Assembly: GCA_965220995.1 (NCBI GenBank)
Contig: OZ244856.1
Coordinates: forward strand, 450,928-514,927
Direction: 5' to 3'
Length of the DNA stretch: 64,000 nucleotides
Origin: Acidimicrobiia bacterium
Lineage (GTDB): Bacteria > Actinomycetota > Acidimicrobiia > Spongiisociales > ZC4RG35
The notes under the pieces were generated by a model. It saw only the letters and a program-made list of their open reading frames with translations. It was not told where the DNA came from and made no database searches. Below are positions 10,142 through 19,760 of the stretch, one piece after another (position 1 is the stretch's first letter; every line of letters begins with the position of its first letter). The position numbers and the translations under genes were made by a program.

Positions 10142-11302
10142 TCAAACGGTCACCGCCACCGGGGCCGACCTTGATTCGGCCTGGGGCGCCCGGGCGTACC
10201 CCTGCGAGTCGACCGCTCCCAACACCTTGGGCAGCAGATCGGGATCTATCCAGCGCCGGGTCTGATATGACGGATAGACCGGCAGCCGGGGGAGAAGTCG
10301 AAATCCGGCGCTCTCGGTGCGGCGGCGCAGTTCCTCGAGATGAGGCCAGGGCGCCTCCGGATTCACCCAGTCGATCGTGAGCGGAGAAACCCCACCCCAA
10401 TCATTGATTCCCGCTCGAAGGTAAACCTCATAACTCTCGGTGAGGTTGGGAGGGACCTGAATGTTCATCTCGGGGCCCATTATCCACCGGGCCAGGGCCA
10501 CCACCCGCATGAACCAGGACGGAATCGGCTCGGCGTCGAGCCGCATGGGAGTGTTGTATTTGGCTCGAAAATTCTGGACTATGACTTCCTGGATTTGGCC
10601 ACCGCTGCGGGCCATCTCGGCCAGAGCCGCCAAAGAATCCACTATTTCTCCCGAGTTTTCCCCGATCCCCACCAGGATGCCGGTGGTGAAGGGAATCCGC
10701 AACCGCCCGGCGTCCTCTATAACCTGCACCCGCACCGACGGGACCTTGTCGGGGCAGTTGAAGTGCGGCATGCCGGGCTCCAAAAGACGGGGAGAGATGT
10801 TTTCGAGCATCAAACCCATCGACGGATTGGAAGGGCGAAGCTCCCGCAACTGGGACAGGGTCATGACACCCGGGTTGGCATGGGGAAACAGGGCCGTCTC
10901 CCGGTTGACCATCTCGGTCATCCGCCGGGTGTACTCCAAGGTCGTGTCACATTCCTGCTCGTCCAGGAACCTCCGCGCCGCCGGCCAGCGCTCCTCGGGC
11001 CGATCGCCCAGGGTGAACAGCGCCTCGGTGCAGTGGTGAGCCTCCCCGGCCCGGGCAACGGCCAGCACCTGTTCGGGAGGCATGAACATCCCGCCTCCGC
11101 CCGGCGGCTGAGCGAATGTGCAGTAGGTGCAGGAGTCACGGCACAAGGTGGTGAGAGGCACGAACACCTTGCGGCTGTAGGTGATGGTTCTGCCCTTGCC
11201 CTCATCCCGCAGTCGGCCGGCCTCGGCAAACAACGGTTCGGCCGACCGCCCCCCCTCCAAATAGGCAATCGCCAGGTCCCGATCAAACGCCGGATGGGTC
11301 AT
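10142..11302 (-). CDS. cofG: FO synthase subunit CofG (7,8-didemethyl-8-hydroxy-5-deazariboflavin synthase, radical SAM).
   Basis: CRDSCTYCTF radical-SAM motif near the N-terminus. 386 aa, similar to CofG and the FbiC N-terminal half. It sits 163 nt upstream of cofH on the same strand in a different frame. Confidence 0.75.
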   Translation of the reverse strand: MTHPAFDRDLAIAYLEGGRSAEPLFAEAGRLRDEGKGRTITYSRKVFVPLTTLCRDSCTYCTFAQPPGGGGMFMPPEQVLAVARAGEAHHCTEALFTLGDRPEERWPAARRFLDEQECDTTLEYTRRMTEMVNRETALFPHANPGVMTLSQLRELRPSNPSMGLMLENISPRLLEPGMPHFNCPDKVPSVRVQVIEDAGRLRIPFTTGILVGIGENSGEIVDSLAALAEMARSGGQIQEVIVQNFRAKYNTPMRLDAEPIPSWFMRVVALARWIMGPEMNIQVPPNLTESYEVYLRAGINDWGGVSPLTIDWVNPEAPWPHLEELRRRTESAGFRLLPRLPVYPSYQTRRWIDPDLLPKVLGAVDSQGYARAPQAESRSAPVAVTV

Positions 11303-11454
11303 GTGCGCCCCCCGTTGCGCGGCCCGTCATCCCGAGGCATCCCCCGGGGAGGGTGGTTGACCGTCGGGAGACTGCGCCCGAACCCACAACCACTATCCGG
11401 TGGCCGCCGGGGTGGATCGGGCGCCGGACCCGACACCCCGCAAGCTCGGAACAT

Positions 11455-12231
11455 CTATCCCATCCCCGGAGATGCGCCCAGCATGCCGCCGTCCACCGGC
11501 AGGATCGCCCCCGTGATCCAGGAAGACTCCTCCGAGCAGAGAAACGCCACTGCCGAAGCCACATCCTCGGGCTCTCCCAATCGTTGCAGCGGATGACGGC
11601 GGGCCGTTCCCTCCGGGTCCGACTGCCACAGCAAGGCCGACAGTCGGGTCTTCACCACCGCCGGGGCCACCGCATTCACCCGGACGCGGGGCGCCAACTC
11701 CATGGCCAATTGCTGGGTCATATAGATCAAGGCCGCCTTGGAGATGTTGTAGGCCCCGAGAATGGGAGTGGGACGCACTCCTCCCACCGAGGCCACGTTC
11801 ACCACACAGCCACCGTGCTCGCCCAACCACTGCGACCATGCCTCCCGGGTCCAAACCAACGGCGCCCGCAGATTCACCGCCCAGGTCTTGTCCACCGCCT
11901 CCTGGGAAACCCCCATGAGATCCCCGGCCCCCGGATTGGTGCCGGCGTTGTTCACCAGTATGTCACAACTGCCGTAGCTTTCAATGGTCCGCCCGATCGC
12001 CCGGTAAGCGTGTTCATCCCGATCCGCCCGGGCCACCACCGGGAGTATCCGTTCGGAATCAGCGCCCGCCTCCACCAAATCGGAGACGGCCCCGGCGAGA
12101 TTGTCGGCCTTGCGGGAGGTGATGGTTACTCCCGCCGCTCCGCGGTCAAGCAGGGTCTTGGCCACCGCCAGACCGATGCCTCTGCTGGCGCCGGTGATCA
12201 CCGCCGCCTTGCCTGATATGCCCACGCTCAA
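11455..12231 (-). CDS. SDR-family short-chain dehydrogenase/reductase.
   Basis: Rossmann motif GKAAVITGASRGIG. NNAG motif and YNISK catalytic Tyr/Lys. Start set at TTG 12231, which has a GGAGG Shine-Dalgarno about 10 nt upstream; the track ORF extends to 12318. Confidence 0.75.
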   Translation of the reverse strand: MSVGISGKAAVITGASRGIGLAVAKTLLDRGAAGVTITSRKADNLAGAVSDLVEAGADSERILPVVARADRDEHAYRAIGRTIESYGSCDILVNNAGTNPGAGDLMGVSQEAVDKTWAVNLRAPLVWTREAWSQWLGEHGGCVVNVASVGGVRPTPILGAYNISKAALIYMTQQLAMELAPRVRVNAVAPAVVKTRLSALLWQSDPEGTARRHPLQRLGEPEDVASAVAFLCSEESSWITGAILPVDGGMLGASPGMG

Positions 12232-12289
12232 AGAGTTCTTTTCCTCCGGAGCCGCCGTTCGGCCAGTGTACCCCTTGCGCCCCGGGGTC

Positions 12290-13531
12290 TCAGCCCGACG
12301 GCTTCTGTCCCCGGGCAACCAGCTTCACCTGTTGGCGGCGCGTCACGGCGGAATTGGGATCCGGGAGGATCTCGAGCAACCGCCGCCGGTCCTCCTCGGC
12401 CAGGGCGGCCGCGGAGTGATCGGCCGCCGCCAGACGGGCATCCACGCCTTCCTCCACCAGCCTACGACCCTCACTGACCAGCGCTTCCACCATCTCCGAT
12501 TCGGGCACCACCTTCACCACCTGCCCTTTGATAAACAGATGACCCCGGCCCCGACCGGCGGCTATCCCCAAGTCAGCCGACCGAGCCTCCCCTGGACCGT
12601 TCACCACGCAGCCCATCACCGCCACCTGAATGGGGAGATTCTCGGCCTCCAATGCCTTCTGCGCCACCTGCGCCACTTCTATCACATCGACCTCTGCTCT
12701 GCCACAGGAGGGACAGGCGATGAGATCGAGGCTGCGCCGCTGCCGAAGACCCAGATATTCCAACAGGCGTCGGCCCGATTCGGCTTCGGAAACCGGATCG
12801 GCGGTCAGGGAAAACCGAATGGTGTCTCCGATGCCTTCCATCAGAAGGGTGGCGATTCCCGCCACCGATTTGATCAAACCCCCCGGCGGGGGCCCCGCCT
12901 CGGTAACTCCCAGGTGAAGCGGGTATTCCACCCGGTCGGCCAGCAGCCGATAGGAGTCGACCATGCTGGGAACATGGGAGTGCTTGACCGAGATCTTTAT
13001 GTCCCGAAAATCGACCTCCTCCAGGTACCTGATCTCCAACAGCGCCGACTCCACCAGCGCCTCGGGAGTGGCGTTACCGTGCCGCGCCAGGATGTCCTTG
13101 TCCAGCGAACCGGCGTTCACCCCCACCCGAATCGGTATGCCCCGCTCGCCGGCCGCCCGCGCCACCTCCTTGATGTGGCTGGGCCGACGGATGTTGCCCG
13201 GATTGAGGCGCAACCCGGAAACGCCGCTCTCCAGGGCGGCCAAGGCCAGCCGATACTGAAAGTGGATGTCGGCAATAATGGGAACCGGGCTGCGGGGAAC
13301 GATCTCGGCCAAACCTTGGGCAGCCTCCACGGTGTTGCAGGTAATCCTCACCAGGTCGGCGCCCGCCGCAGCCAAGGCGTACACCTGCGCCAAGGTGCCA
13401 TCGACATCATGGGTCTTGGTGGTGGTCATCGACTGAACACTCACCGGGGCGTCGCCACCCACCTCCACCGATCCCACCTTAACCGGCCGGGTGACGCGGC
13501 GGGGATGCCGGGTGAGGCGCGCGTCTTTCAC
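12290..13531 (-). CDS. ispG: 4-hydroxy-3-methylbut-2-en-1-yl diphosphate synthase (flavodoxin), IspG/GcpE.
   Basis: GcpE family pattern throughout, with Cys ligands (CPSCGR...C). Overlaps rseP by 4 nt, matching the rseP-ispG order of actinobacteria. Confidence 0.85.
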   Translation of the reverse strand: MKDARLTRHPRRVTRPVKVGSVEVGGDAPVSVQSMTTTKTHDVDGTLAQVYALAAAGADLVRITCNTVEAAQGLAEIVPRSPVPIIADIHFQYRLALAALESGVSGLRLNPGNIRRPSHIKEVARAAGERGIPIRVGVNAGSLDKDILARHGNATPEALVESALLEIRYLEEVDFRDIKISVKHSHVPSMVDSYRLLADRVEYPLHLGVTEAGPPPGGLIKSVAGIATLLMEGIGDTIRFSLTADPVSEAESGRRLLEYLGLRQRRSLDLIACPSCGRAEVDVIEVAQVAQKALEAENLPIQVAVMGCVVNGPGEARSADLGIAAGRGRGHLFIKGQVVKVVPESEMVEALVSEGRRLVEEGVDARLAAADHSAAALAEEDRRRLLEILPDPNSAVTRRQQVKLVARGQKPSG

Positions 13532-14628
13532 AATCTGATGGGGCTGATCACATCCAACACCAAAGCAGCCACCCCCAAGAAGATAACCAACACGGTCACG
13601 CCCGCCGCGATAGATATCAGCACCGACGGCCGGGCCCGCCGGCGAAACACCTTCTCATACAGGGCCACCGCCACATGTCCCCCGTCCAGAGGGTAGGCGG
13701 GGATCAGGTTGAACACACCCAGAACAATATTCAGATAGGCCAGCAGGCGCATCACATCGGCCACTCCCCTTTCCCCGATCTGAGCGCCGATATTGGCCAG
13801 ACCGATCGGGCTGACCGGGCGATTATCCACCGACACCTCGCCACCGAACATCCCTCGGGCCAACTCACCCAGAGATGAGGGGTTCACCAACTGCCCCACG
13901 GCCCGGAACGTAATCAGAGCCGCCTCACCTATCTCGCCCGTGGCGGTAACCACCGCTTCCCCCAACCCCAGAGAACGAGACTCCCAGGTTGGTCCGATTC
14001 CCAAAAACCCCCGTTCGACCCCTCCATCCTGAGTGCGGGAGGACAGGACGGGCGTCACCACCATCACCTGCCCGTCCCGGCTGATTGTGATAGGCACCGG
14101 CTGATTGGGCCGGTCCCCGAGCAGAGCGGCGGTGTCCTCCCACTGATTGGTTGCAATCCCATCGACTCGCAGAATCACATCTCCCTCCTGGATACCCGCC
14201 GCTCTGGCCGGCGAAGTGGTCCCGTCGGCCATCTCCACCACCACCATCACCCGGTTGCTGAAATCGGCGTACCCGTTCACCATGTACAGTCCCACCAGGA
14301 TCACAAAGGCCATCAGGAAATTCAGCGCCACCCCGCTCAGGGCCACCACCACCTTCTGCCAGGTCTTTTTGTGCTGATAGGAACGTTCCGGCGGAGTCTC
14401 GTGGTCGGCCACGGGTCCCATTCCGGCGATCTTCACGAACCCCCCGAACGGCAGCAGACGAAAGCCGTATTCCGTCTCGCCTCTTTTCACCGACCACAAC
14501 CTCGGCCCGAATCCAAAAAACATCTCGGTGGCCTTCATTCCGGTGAAACGGGCAGCCAGAAAGTGCCCCAACTCGTGCACCGTGACGAAAAACACGATCC
14601 CGAGCACCACCGCCATGGCGCCCATCAT
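13528..14628 (-). CDS. rseP: Site-2 (M50) zinc metalloprotease RseP/Rip1.
   Basis: HELGH zinc motif within the N-terminal TM segment, an internal PDZ-like region, and a C-terminal LDGG motif. Confidence 0.8.
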   Translation of the reverse strand: MMGAMAVVLGIVFFVTVHELGHFLAARFTGMKATEMFFGFGPRLWSVKRGETEYGFRLLPFGGFVKIAGMGPVADHETPPERSYQHKKTWQKVVVALSGVALNFLMAFVILVGLYMVNGYADFSNRVMVVVEMADGTTSPARAAGIQEGDVILRVDGIATNQWEDTAALLGDRPNQPVPITISRDGQVMVVTPVLSSRTQDGGVERGFLGIGPTWESRSLGLGEAVVTATGEIGEAALITFRAVGQLVNPSSLGELARGMFGGEVSVDNRPVSPIGLANIGAQIGERGVADVMRLLAYLNIVLGVFNLIPAYPLDGGHVAVALYEKVFRRRARPSVLISIAAGVTVLVIFLGVAALVLDVISPIRL

Positions 14629-14770
14629 GTAACTACCTCCCGATCAGACAACCGAAAGCATAGCACCGGCCGGTGGGAAACAACCACCTAAAGCGCTATC
14701 CCCGCATTTCCCTCGCTCCAACCCCGGACACAGCGAGGCAGCCGCACCCAAAGAGCAGGAAACCCCTGCG

Positions 14771-15892
14771 CTACAGCACTTCGAGCAGGGAAAACAGGTA
14801 GTAGGCGCCGGGCATGACCAACAGCAACCCGTCTATGCGATCCAGGATGCCACCGTGTCCGGGAATGAAAGCGCTCATATCCTTGACGCCGATGGAACGC
14901 TTCACCACCGATTCAAAGGCATCCCCCAACGGCGCCAAAACCGACACCACCCCCGCCAGGTAGAGGGCCTGGGTCAGGGAAAGGGAGGAGAGGGGCGGGA
15001 GAGTTGAGAAGATGGCCGCCACAACCAGGGTGGCGACCACTCCACCCACCAGTCCCTGCACGGTCTTGTGTTCGGAAAGGGAGGGAGACAGCGGTCGGGA
15101 ACCGAAGGAACGACCCGCCACATAGGCCAAGGTGTCGAACACCGAGTTGAGGAGCAACACCCAAACCAACAGGGCGATGCCTTCCGGCGCCCCGGCGATC
15201 AGCACCCCGTAACCCAGAAGCGACACCCAAATCATTCCCAAGATGGTGAGAGACAGATTCTCGACCGGCAGACGGCGCGCCACCGCCGTATAGAAAAGCA
15301 GTGTGACACCACAAGCCCCCACCAGGACTCCTCCGGACGCGCCCAACCCCGACAGGTGCGACGCCAGCCCGGCGCCCAACACCCCCAACAGCCCCAACAA
15401 GGCCAAGGGACGGTATCCGGCCGAGCGAACCACCGTGTAGAACTCAACCAGCCCCACCACCATGGCCAGAATGATCAAACCGGTGACCCATGCTCCCCCC
15501 AGGTACAGGGCGATCACCACTGTGGCCACCATGACCACCGCGCTGATAATCCGTCTGACCAGATCCGAGGAGCGGGCCTGCTCGGCGGCCTCCACATCCT
15601 CGGTGGCCATTCCGGCCCGGCCGGTCACATCCTCAAAACCCAAAATGCCCGAATCCACTCCCGGAATGGCCGCCGAAACCGCCTGCTGACGATGTTCCCG
15701 GGCGTTGGCAGCCATCACCTCCTCAGCCAAGGCCTGATGCTGAGAGGTCCGGCTGTCCAGAACCTCCTCGCTTTCCAACTCCTCATCGGTGTCCGGCTCT
15801 TCGGGCGCCTCGCTCGGCAAGGCCGTCAACCGGGAAACCGCCCTTTCCTCCGGCTCCCATTCGGGAACCCAGGTCTTGTCCGACGGCGTCAT
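14771..15892 (-). CDS. cdsA: Phosphatidate cytidylyltransferase (CDP-diglyceride synthase) with an acidic N-terminal extension of about 90 aa.
   Basis: The C-terminal 280 aa is a polytopic membrane protein with a CTP_transf_1 pattern (SVFDTLAYVAGRSFG...). Position after frr matches conserved synteny. Confidence 0.75.
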   Translation of the reverse strand: MTPSDKTWVPEWEPEERAVSRLTALPSEAPEEPDTDEELESEEVLDSRTSQHQALAEEVMAANAREHRQQAVSAAIPGVDSGILGFEDVTGRAGMATEDVEAAEQARSSDLVRRIISAVVMVATVVIALYLGGAWVTGLIILAMVVGLVEFYTVVRSAGYRPLALLGLLGVLGAGLASHLSGLGASGGVLVGACGVTLLFYTAVARRLPVENLSLTILGMIWVSLLGYGVLIAGAPEGIALLVWVLLLNSVFDTLAYVAGRSFGSRPLSPSLSEHKTVQGLVGGVVATLVVAAIFSTLPPLSSLSLTQALYLAGVVSVLAPLGDAFESVVKRSIGVKDMSAFIPGHGGILDRIDGLLLVMPGAYYLFSLLEVL

Positions 15893-15895
15893 CCC

Positions 15896-16447
15896 CTAGA
15901 CCTCCAAGAGTTCCGTTTCTTTACGTTTCAACAACGTATCCACTTGCCGGATAACCCGGTTGGTCAAATCCTGCAGATCCCGCTCGGCTCGGCGCAACTC
16001 GTCATCGGAGCATACTCCCCGCAAGGCGTCGAGGTCCGACTTTGCCTTGCGTCGGGCGTTCCGAACCGAGATCCTGCCGCTTTCCGCCTGTTTTCGGACG
16101 ATACGAATCAACTCGACCCGCCGTTCCTCGGTGAGAGGAGGGAACGCCAGGCGGATCACCACCCCGTCGTTGCTGGGGTTGATGCCCAGGTCGGAAGCGT
16201 GGATGGCCTTTTCGATCTGCGCAATGGCATTGGGGTCGAAGGGGTGAATCACCAGGAGTCGAGGATCGGGAACCGTGAAGTTGGCCAACTGCTGCAGGGG
16301 CAGGGAAGCGCCGTAATAGTCCACCCTCAGGCCCTGCACGATCTGGGGATTGGCCCGACCGGTGCGAACAATGGCGAACTGCCCGGTGACGAATTCCACC
16401 GAGTCCTCCATCATCAAGGCGGCCTCATCCAAAACGTCCTGAATCAC
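15896..16447 (-). CDS. frr: Ribosome recycling factor.
   Basis: 183 aa with a full-length RRF pattern (MIQDVLDEA...VRNARRKAKSDL). Confidence 0.9.
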   Translation of the reverse strand: MIQDVLDEAALMMEDSVEFVTGQFAIVRTGRANPQIVQGLRVDYYGASLPLQQLANFTVPDPRLLVIHPFDPNAIAQIEKAIHASDLGINPSNDGVVIRLAFPPLTEERRVELIRIVRKQAESGRISVRNARRKAKSDLDALRGVCSDDELRRAERDLQDLTNRVIRQVDTLLKRKETELLEV

Positions 16448-16455
16448 TTTCGCCC

Positions 16456-17169
16456 CTAATTCACCCTGGTTCCCAGACGCTCCCCCATCAACGCCCGATA
16501 CACGTTGCCTGGCTTGGTCATGTCAAACACCACGATAGGAAGCTTGTGCTCCCGACACAGGGTAATGGCGGTCATATCCATGACTTTGAGGTCCCCGGAG
16601 ATGACCTCCATGTAGGAAGCCGATTCCAGAAGACGGGCAGAGTCATCGAGATTGGGGTCGGCGCTGTAGACGCCATCCACTTTGCTGGCCTTCAGCAGGA
16701 TCTGCCCCCCTGTCTCAATCGCCCGCAAAGCGGCGGTGGTGTCGGTGGTGAAGAACGGATTTCCGGTCCCCGCCACAAAGACCACCACCCTCCCCTTTTC
16801 CAGATGCCGAACCGCCCGCAGCCGAATATACGGTTCGCTGACCTGCCGCATGGTGATGGCGCTCATCACCCTGGTGGTGGTCCCGCACTTCTCCAGCGCA
16901 TCCCGCAACGCCAGTCCGTTCATAACCGTGGCCAGCATCCCCATGTAATCGGCGGTGGCCGGATCGAGCCCCCGCGCCGCCAGGGCGGTGCCCCTAAAAA
17001 AGTTCCCGCCTCCCACCACCACCGAGATTTCGGTTCCGTCCTCCCTTGCCCGGCTGATCTCCGCCGCCACCTCGGCCACCCTGCTCGGATCGATCCCGAA
17101 CCCGCCTTCCCGCTCGCAGAACGCCTCTCCGGACAGCTTCAGAAGGACCCGCGGGCGGGGGGGCGTCAT
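16456..17169 (-). CDS. pyrH: UMP kinase.
   Basis: RVLLKLSGEAF N-terminus and amino-acid-kinase fold. Lies in the tsf-pyrH-frr order. Confidence 0.9.
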   Translation of the reverse strand: MTPPRPRVLLKLSGEAFCEREGGFGIDPSRVAEVAAEISRAREDGTEISVVVGGGNFFRGTALAARGLDPATADYMGMLATVMNGLALRDALEKCGTTTRVMSAITMRQVSEPYIRLRAVRHLEKGRVVVFVAGTGNPFFTTDTTAALRAIETGGQILLKASKVDGVYSADPNLDDSARLLESASYMEVISGDLKVMDMTAITLCREHKLPIVVFDMTKPGNVYRALMGERLGTRVN

Positions 17170-17795
17170 GCCGAGTCCTGCTCGCCCACCGCCATTCGCG
17201 TCACCCGGCGTATCTTGATGTTCTCGCCCATCTTGGCCGCCAACCGCACCACCATCTCCCCCACCGTCCCTTCAAACTTCTGAGCATTGACGAAGGCCTG
17301 CTCGTTGAGGACATTCTCCTGATAGAACTTCTCCATGCGTCCTTCGACGATGCGCGGAACAATGTGGTCCGGTTTGCCCTCGGCGCGGGCCGCCCGGGCC
17401 GTCAGTTCCTCCTCATGGGCCACCACACCGGCGGGCACCTCGTCTCGGACGATCCATCGGGGAGCCGACCAGGAGACGTGCAGAGCGATGTCGTTGGCTA
17501 CTTCGTTGAACTCCGGAGTCTTGGCGACAAAGTCGGTTTCGCAGGCCAATTCCACCAACACCCCCATCACGGGATGCCCCGACTGATGGTGCAGGTAAAG
17601 CCCGATGGTGCCCTCGTTGGCATCCCGGTCGGCCCGCTTGGCGGCCTTGGCCAAACCCTTCTCCCGCAACAGGTCGTGGGCTTTGTCCATGTCGCCCCCG
17701 GACTCGACCAGGGCCTTTTTGGCATCCATCATCCCCACCCCGGCCCGACGGCGGAGCGCCTGTACATCCTTGGCCGTAAAGTCCGCCACGATCAC
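17166..17795 (-). CDS. tsf: Elongation factor Ts (short form).
   Basis: UBA-like N-terminus with GVGMMDAKKAL and a dimerisation-domain pattern. 4-nt overlaps with both rpsB and pyrH. Confidence 0.85.
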   Translation of the reverse strand: MIVADFTAKDVQALRRRAGVGMMDAKKALVESGGDMDKAHDLLREKGLAKAAKRADRDANEGTIGLYLHHQSGHPVMGVLVELACETDFVAKTPEFNEVANDIALHVSWSAPRWIVRDEVPAGVVAHEEELTARAARAEGKPDHIVPRIVEGRMEKFYQENVLNEQAFVNAQKFEGTVGEMVVRLAAKMGENIKIRRVTRMAVGEQDSA

Positions 17796-18532
17796 CTGCC
17801 TTCCTTCGCAGAAGCACTCTTCTTCTGCTTGTTCTGCTTCTTTTTCTTGGCCATCCGGGCGCCGGACCGGCAGGCGTCGGAGACTTGGGAACAGATCAAC
17901 TCGGCGGCTCGAATGGCGTCGTCGTTGCCGGGAATCACATAGGTGATGGGTTCGGGGTTGCAGTTGGAGTCGACCAGTCCCACGATGGGAATGCCCAGCC
18001 GGGTGGCCTCCCGCACGGCGGTTTCCTCGGCGTTCACATCTATCACGAAGACTCCGGAGGGGAGTTCCTCCAGGTCGCGCACTCCCCCCAGGCTCCGCCG
18101 GAGCTTCTCCAGATCTCTTCGGAGGCGGAGGCGTTCCTTCTTGGGACGAGATTGCATTTCTCCGCTGTTTTCCTCCGACTCCAGTTCCTTCATGTAGGAG
18201 ATCCGCTGCCGGATGGTTTGAAAGTTGGTGAGCATCCCGCCCAGCCAGCGAAAATTGACATAAGGCATCCCGACGGACTCGGCATGCTGGGCGATACTCT
18301 GGCGGGCCTGTTTCTTCGTGCCGATAAACAGGATTTTGCCCCCGCCGGCCACGGTCTCGCGGACGAAGGTCAGGGCCTCCTCCAACAAGACCACCGTCTG
18401 ACGAAGATCAATGATATGGATACCGTTGGACTGCGTGTAGAGATAAGGTTTCATCTTCGGGTTCCATCGGCGTGTTTCATGGCCGAAATGGAGACCCGCA
18501 TCGATCAGATCCCTCATTTTGGTGGACGTCAT
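17792..18532 (-). CDS. rpsB: 30S ribosomal protein S2.
   Basis: MRDLIDAGLHFGHETRRWNPKM hallmark and a lysine-rich C-terminus. Start set at the Met preceded by AGGAAGGAG; the track ORF extends to 18607. Confidence 0.9.
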   Translation of the reverse strand: MTSTKMRDLIDAGLHFGHETRRWNPKMKPYLYTQSNGIHIIDLRQTVVLLEEALTFVRETVAGGGKILFIGTKKQARQSIAQHAESVGMPYVNFRWLGGMLTNFQTIRQRISYMKELESEENSGEMQSRPKKERLRLRRDLEKLRRSLGGVRDLEELPSGVFVIDVNAEETAVREATRLGIPIVGLVDSNCNPEPITYVIPGNDDAIRAAELICSQVSDACRSGARMAKKKKQNKQKKSASAKEGR

Positions 18533-18757
18533 CACAGCTCCTTCCTGGTTTTTCCTCAGCCCGTTGACCGGTTCCCCGGCTCGGCGCCTCTCCGGCGCCC
18601 GCCCCACAGAATGACCCGAAGGTCAGTCCCGACCAGTGGACGGAACGGGCCTGCGACGTGGCGCTCCAGTCTACCGCCCAACCGGGGCCAGAGTGAAAAC
18701 TCCGAGCGGGCGTTACCTGTCACAGACCATCCCGTCGGGGTTGTGGCCCGGCCCGGT

Positions 18758-19660
18758 TCAGGCCCGGGGATGAGTCCTTTGATGAGTGGACCGCAGGTGG
18801 CGGCGACTGACGTTGGTGTAGACCTGGGTGGTGCCAAGATTGGCGTGTCCCAGCATCTCCTGCACACTGCGCAGGTCGGCCCCTCCTTCCAGCAAATGCG
18901 TGGCGAACGAGTGGCGAAGAGCGTGCGGAAAACTCCCCAGCCGCGATTGCACGATCCGCCTGATCTGACGAACTCCGATTCTTGCCCCTCGGATGCCCAC
19001 GAACAGGGCGTCTCCCGCTGCCGGGGTGGCCAGGACCGGACGCCCCTTCGCCAGCCATCTCGCCACAGCCCGCTGCGCGGGAACCCCGAGGGGGACCACC
19101 CGGTCCTTGCCGCCCTTGCCCGAGATGGTCGCCAGGTCCCTGTCCTCCACCACGAAGATGTTCAGGGAGGCCAACTCGGAGACTCGCAGACCCGAGCCGT
19201 AGGCCAGTTCCAGTATCGCTCGGTCTCGCAGATCCACCGGGTCGTTTCCATCCACCGCCTCGATGCCCTTGCTCAGTTGTCCTGCGGAAATCACCACCGG
19301 CAGCTTGCTCCGGGTCCCGGACATCGGAGAAGCCGCCACCGGGTTGGCGGAAATCTTCCCCTGTTCATGCAGACGCCCGAAGAACGAGTGAATCGCCGAG
19401 CGCTTGCGGACCACCGACGACCGCGCATACCGCCGGGTGTGCAGCCAAGCCGCGTATCGCCGAAAATCGGCGCGATCCACCTCCGGTATCGATCGGCGGT
19501 CCAGCCGGTCGCAGAAGTCCAGAAACTGGGTGATGTCTCTCCGGTAGGCCGCCACCGTGTGCTCCGACAGTCGTCGCACCCTTTCCAGCCAAGTCAAGTA
19601 CTCCGTCAAAGCGGAGTCGGCCCATTCGGGCGGGGATGGGATGGCCGCCACCCTGCACAT
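18758..19660 (-). CDS. xerC: Tyrosine recombinase XerC.
   Basis: Phage-integrase fold with the catalytic R...HxxR...Y set ([36 protein letters not shown]). Position upstream of dprA/comM matches mycobacteria. Confidence 0.85.
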   Translation of the reverse strand: MCRVAAIPSPPEWADSALTEYLTWLERVRRLSEHTVAAYRRDITQFLDFCDRLDRRSIPEVDRADFRRYAAWLHTRRYARSSVVRKRSAIHSFFGRLHEQGKISANPVAASPMSGTRSKLPVVISAGQLSKGIEAVDGNDPVDLRDRAILELAYGSGLRVSELASLNIFVVEDRDLATISGKGGKDRVVPLGVPAQRAVARWLAKGRPVLATPAAGDALFVGIRGARIGVRQIRRIVQSRLGSFPHALRHSFATHLLEGGADLRSVQEMLGHANLGTTQVYTNVSRRHLRSTHQRTHPRA

Positions 19661-19760
19661 GCTACGAAATCCCGGGCCCACGGAGTGGGAACAAGCCTCC
19701 ACCGGGAGTCAGACAGAGGGCGGCCCAGGATTGCGGGATGGTCGATCACCCAGGGCAAAC

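Noticed and set aside
10340-11596. 418-aa + ORF antisense to cofG.
   Set aside because: No recognisable domain, and Arg/Pro/Gly-rich. cofG on the opposite strand has the radical-SAM motif.
12101-13696. 531-aa + ORF antisense to ispG.
   Set aside because: Overlaps a confidently identified ispG, and is low-complexity.
15068-16459. 463-aa + ORF antisense to cdsA/frr.
   Set aside because: His/Gln/Arg-rich with no domain; opposite strand to two conserved genes.
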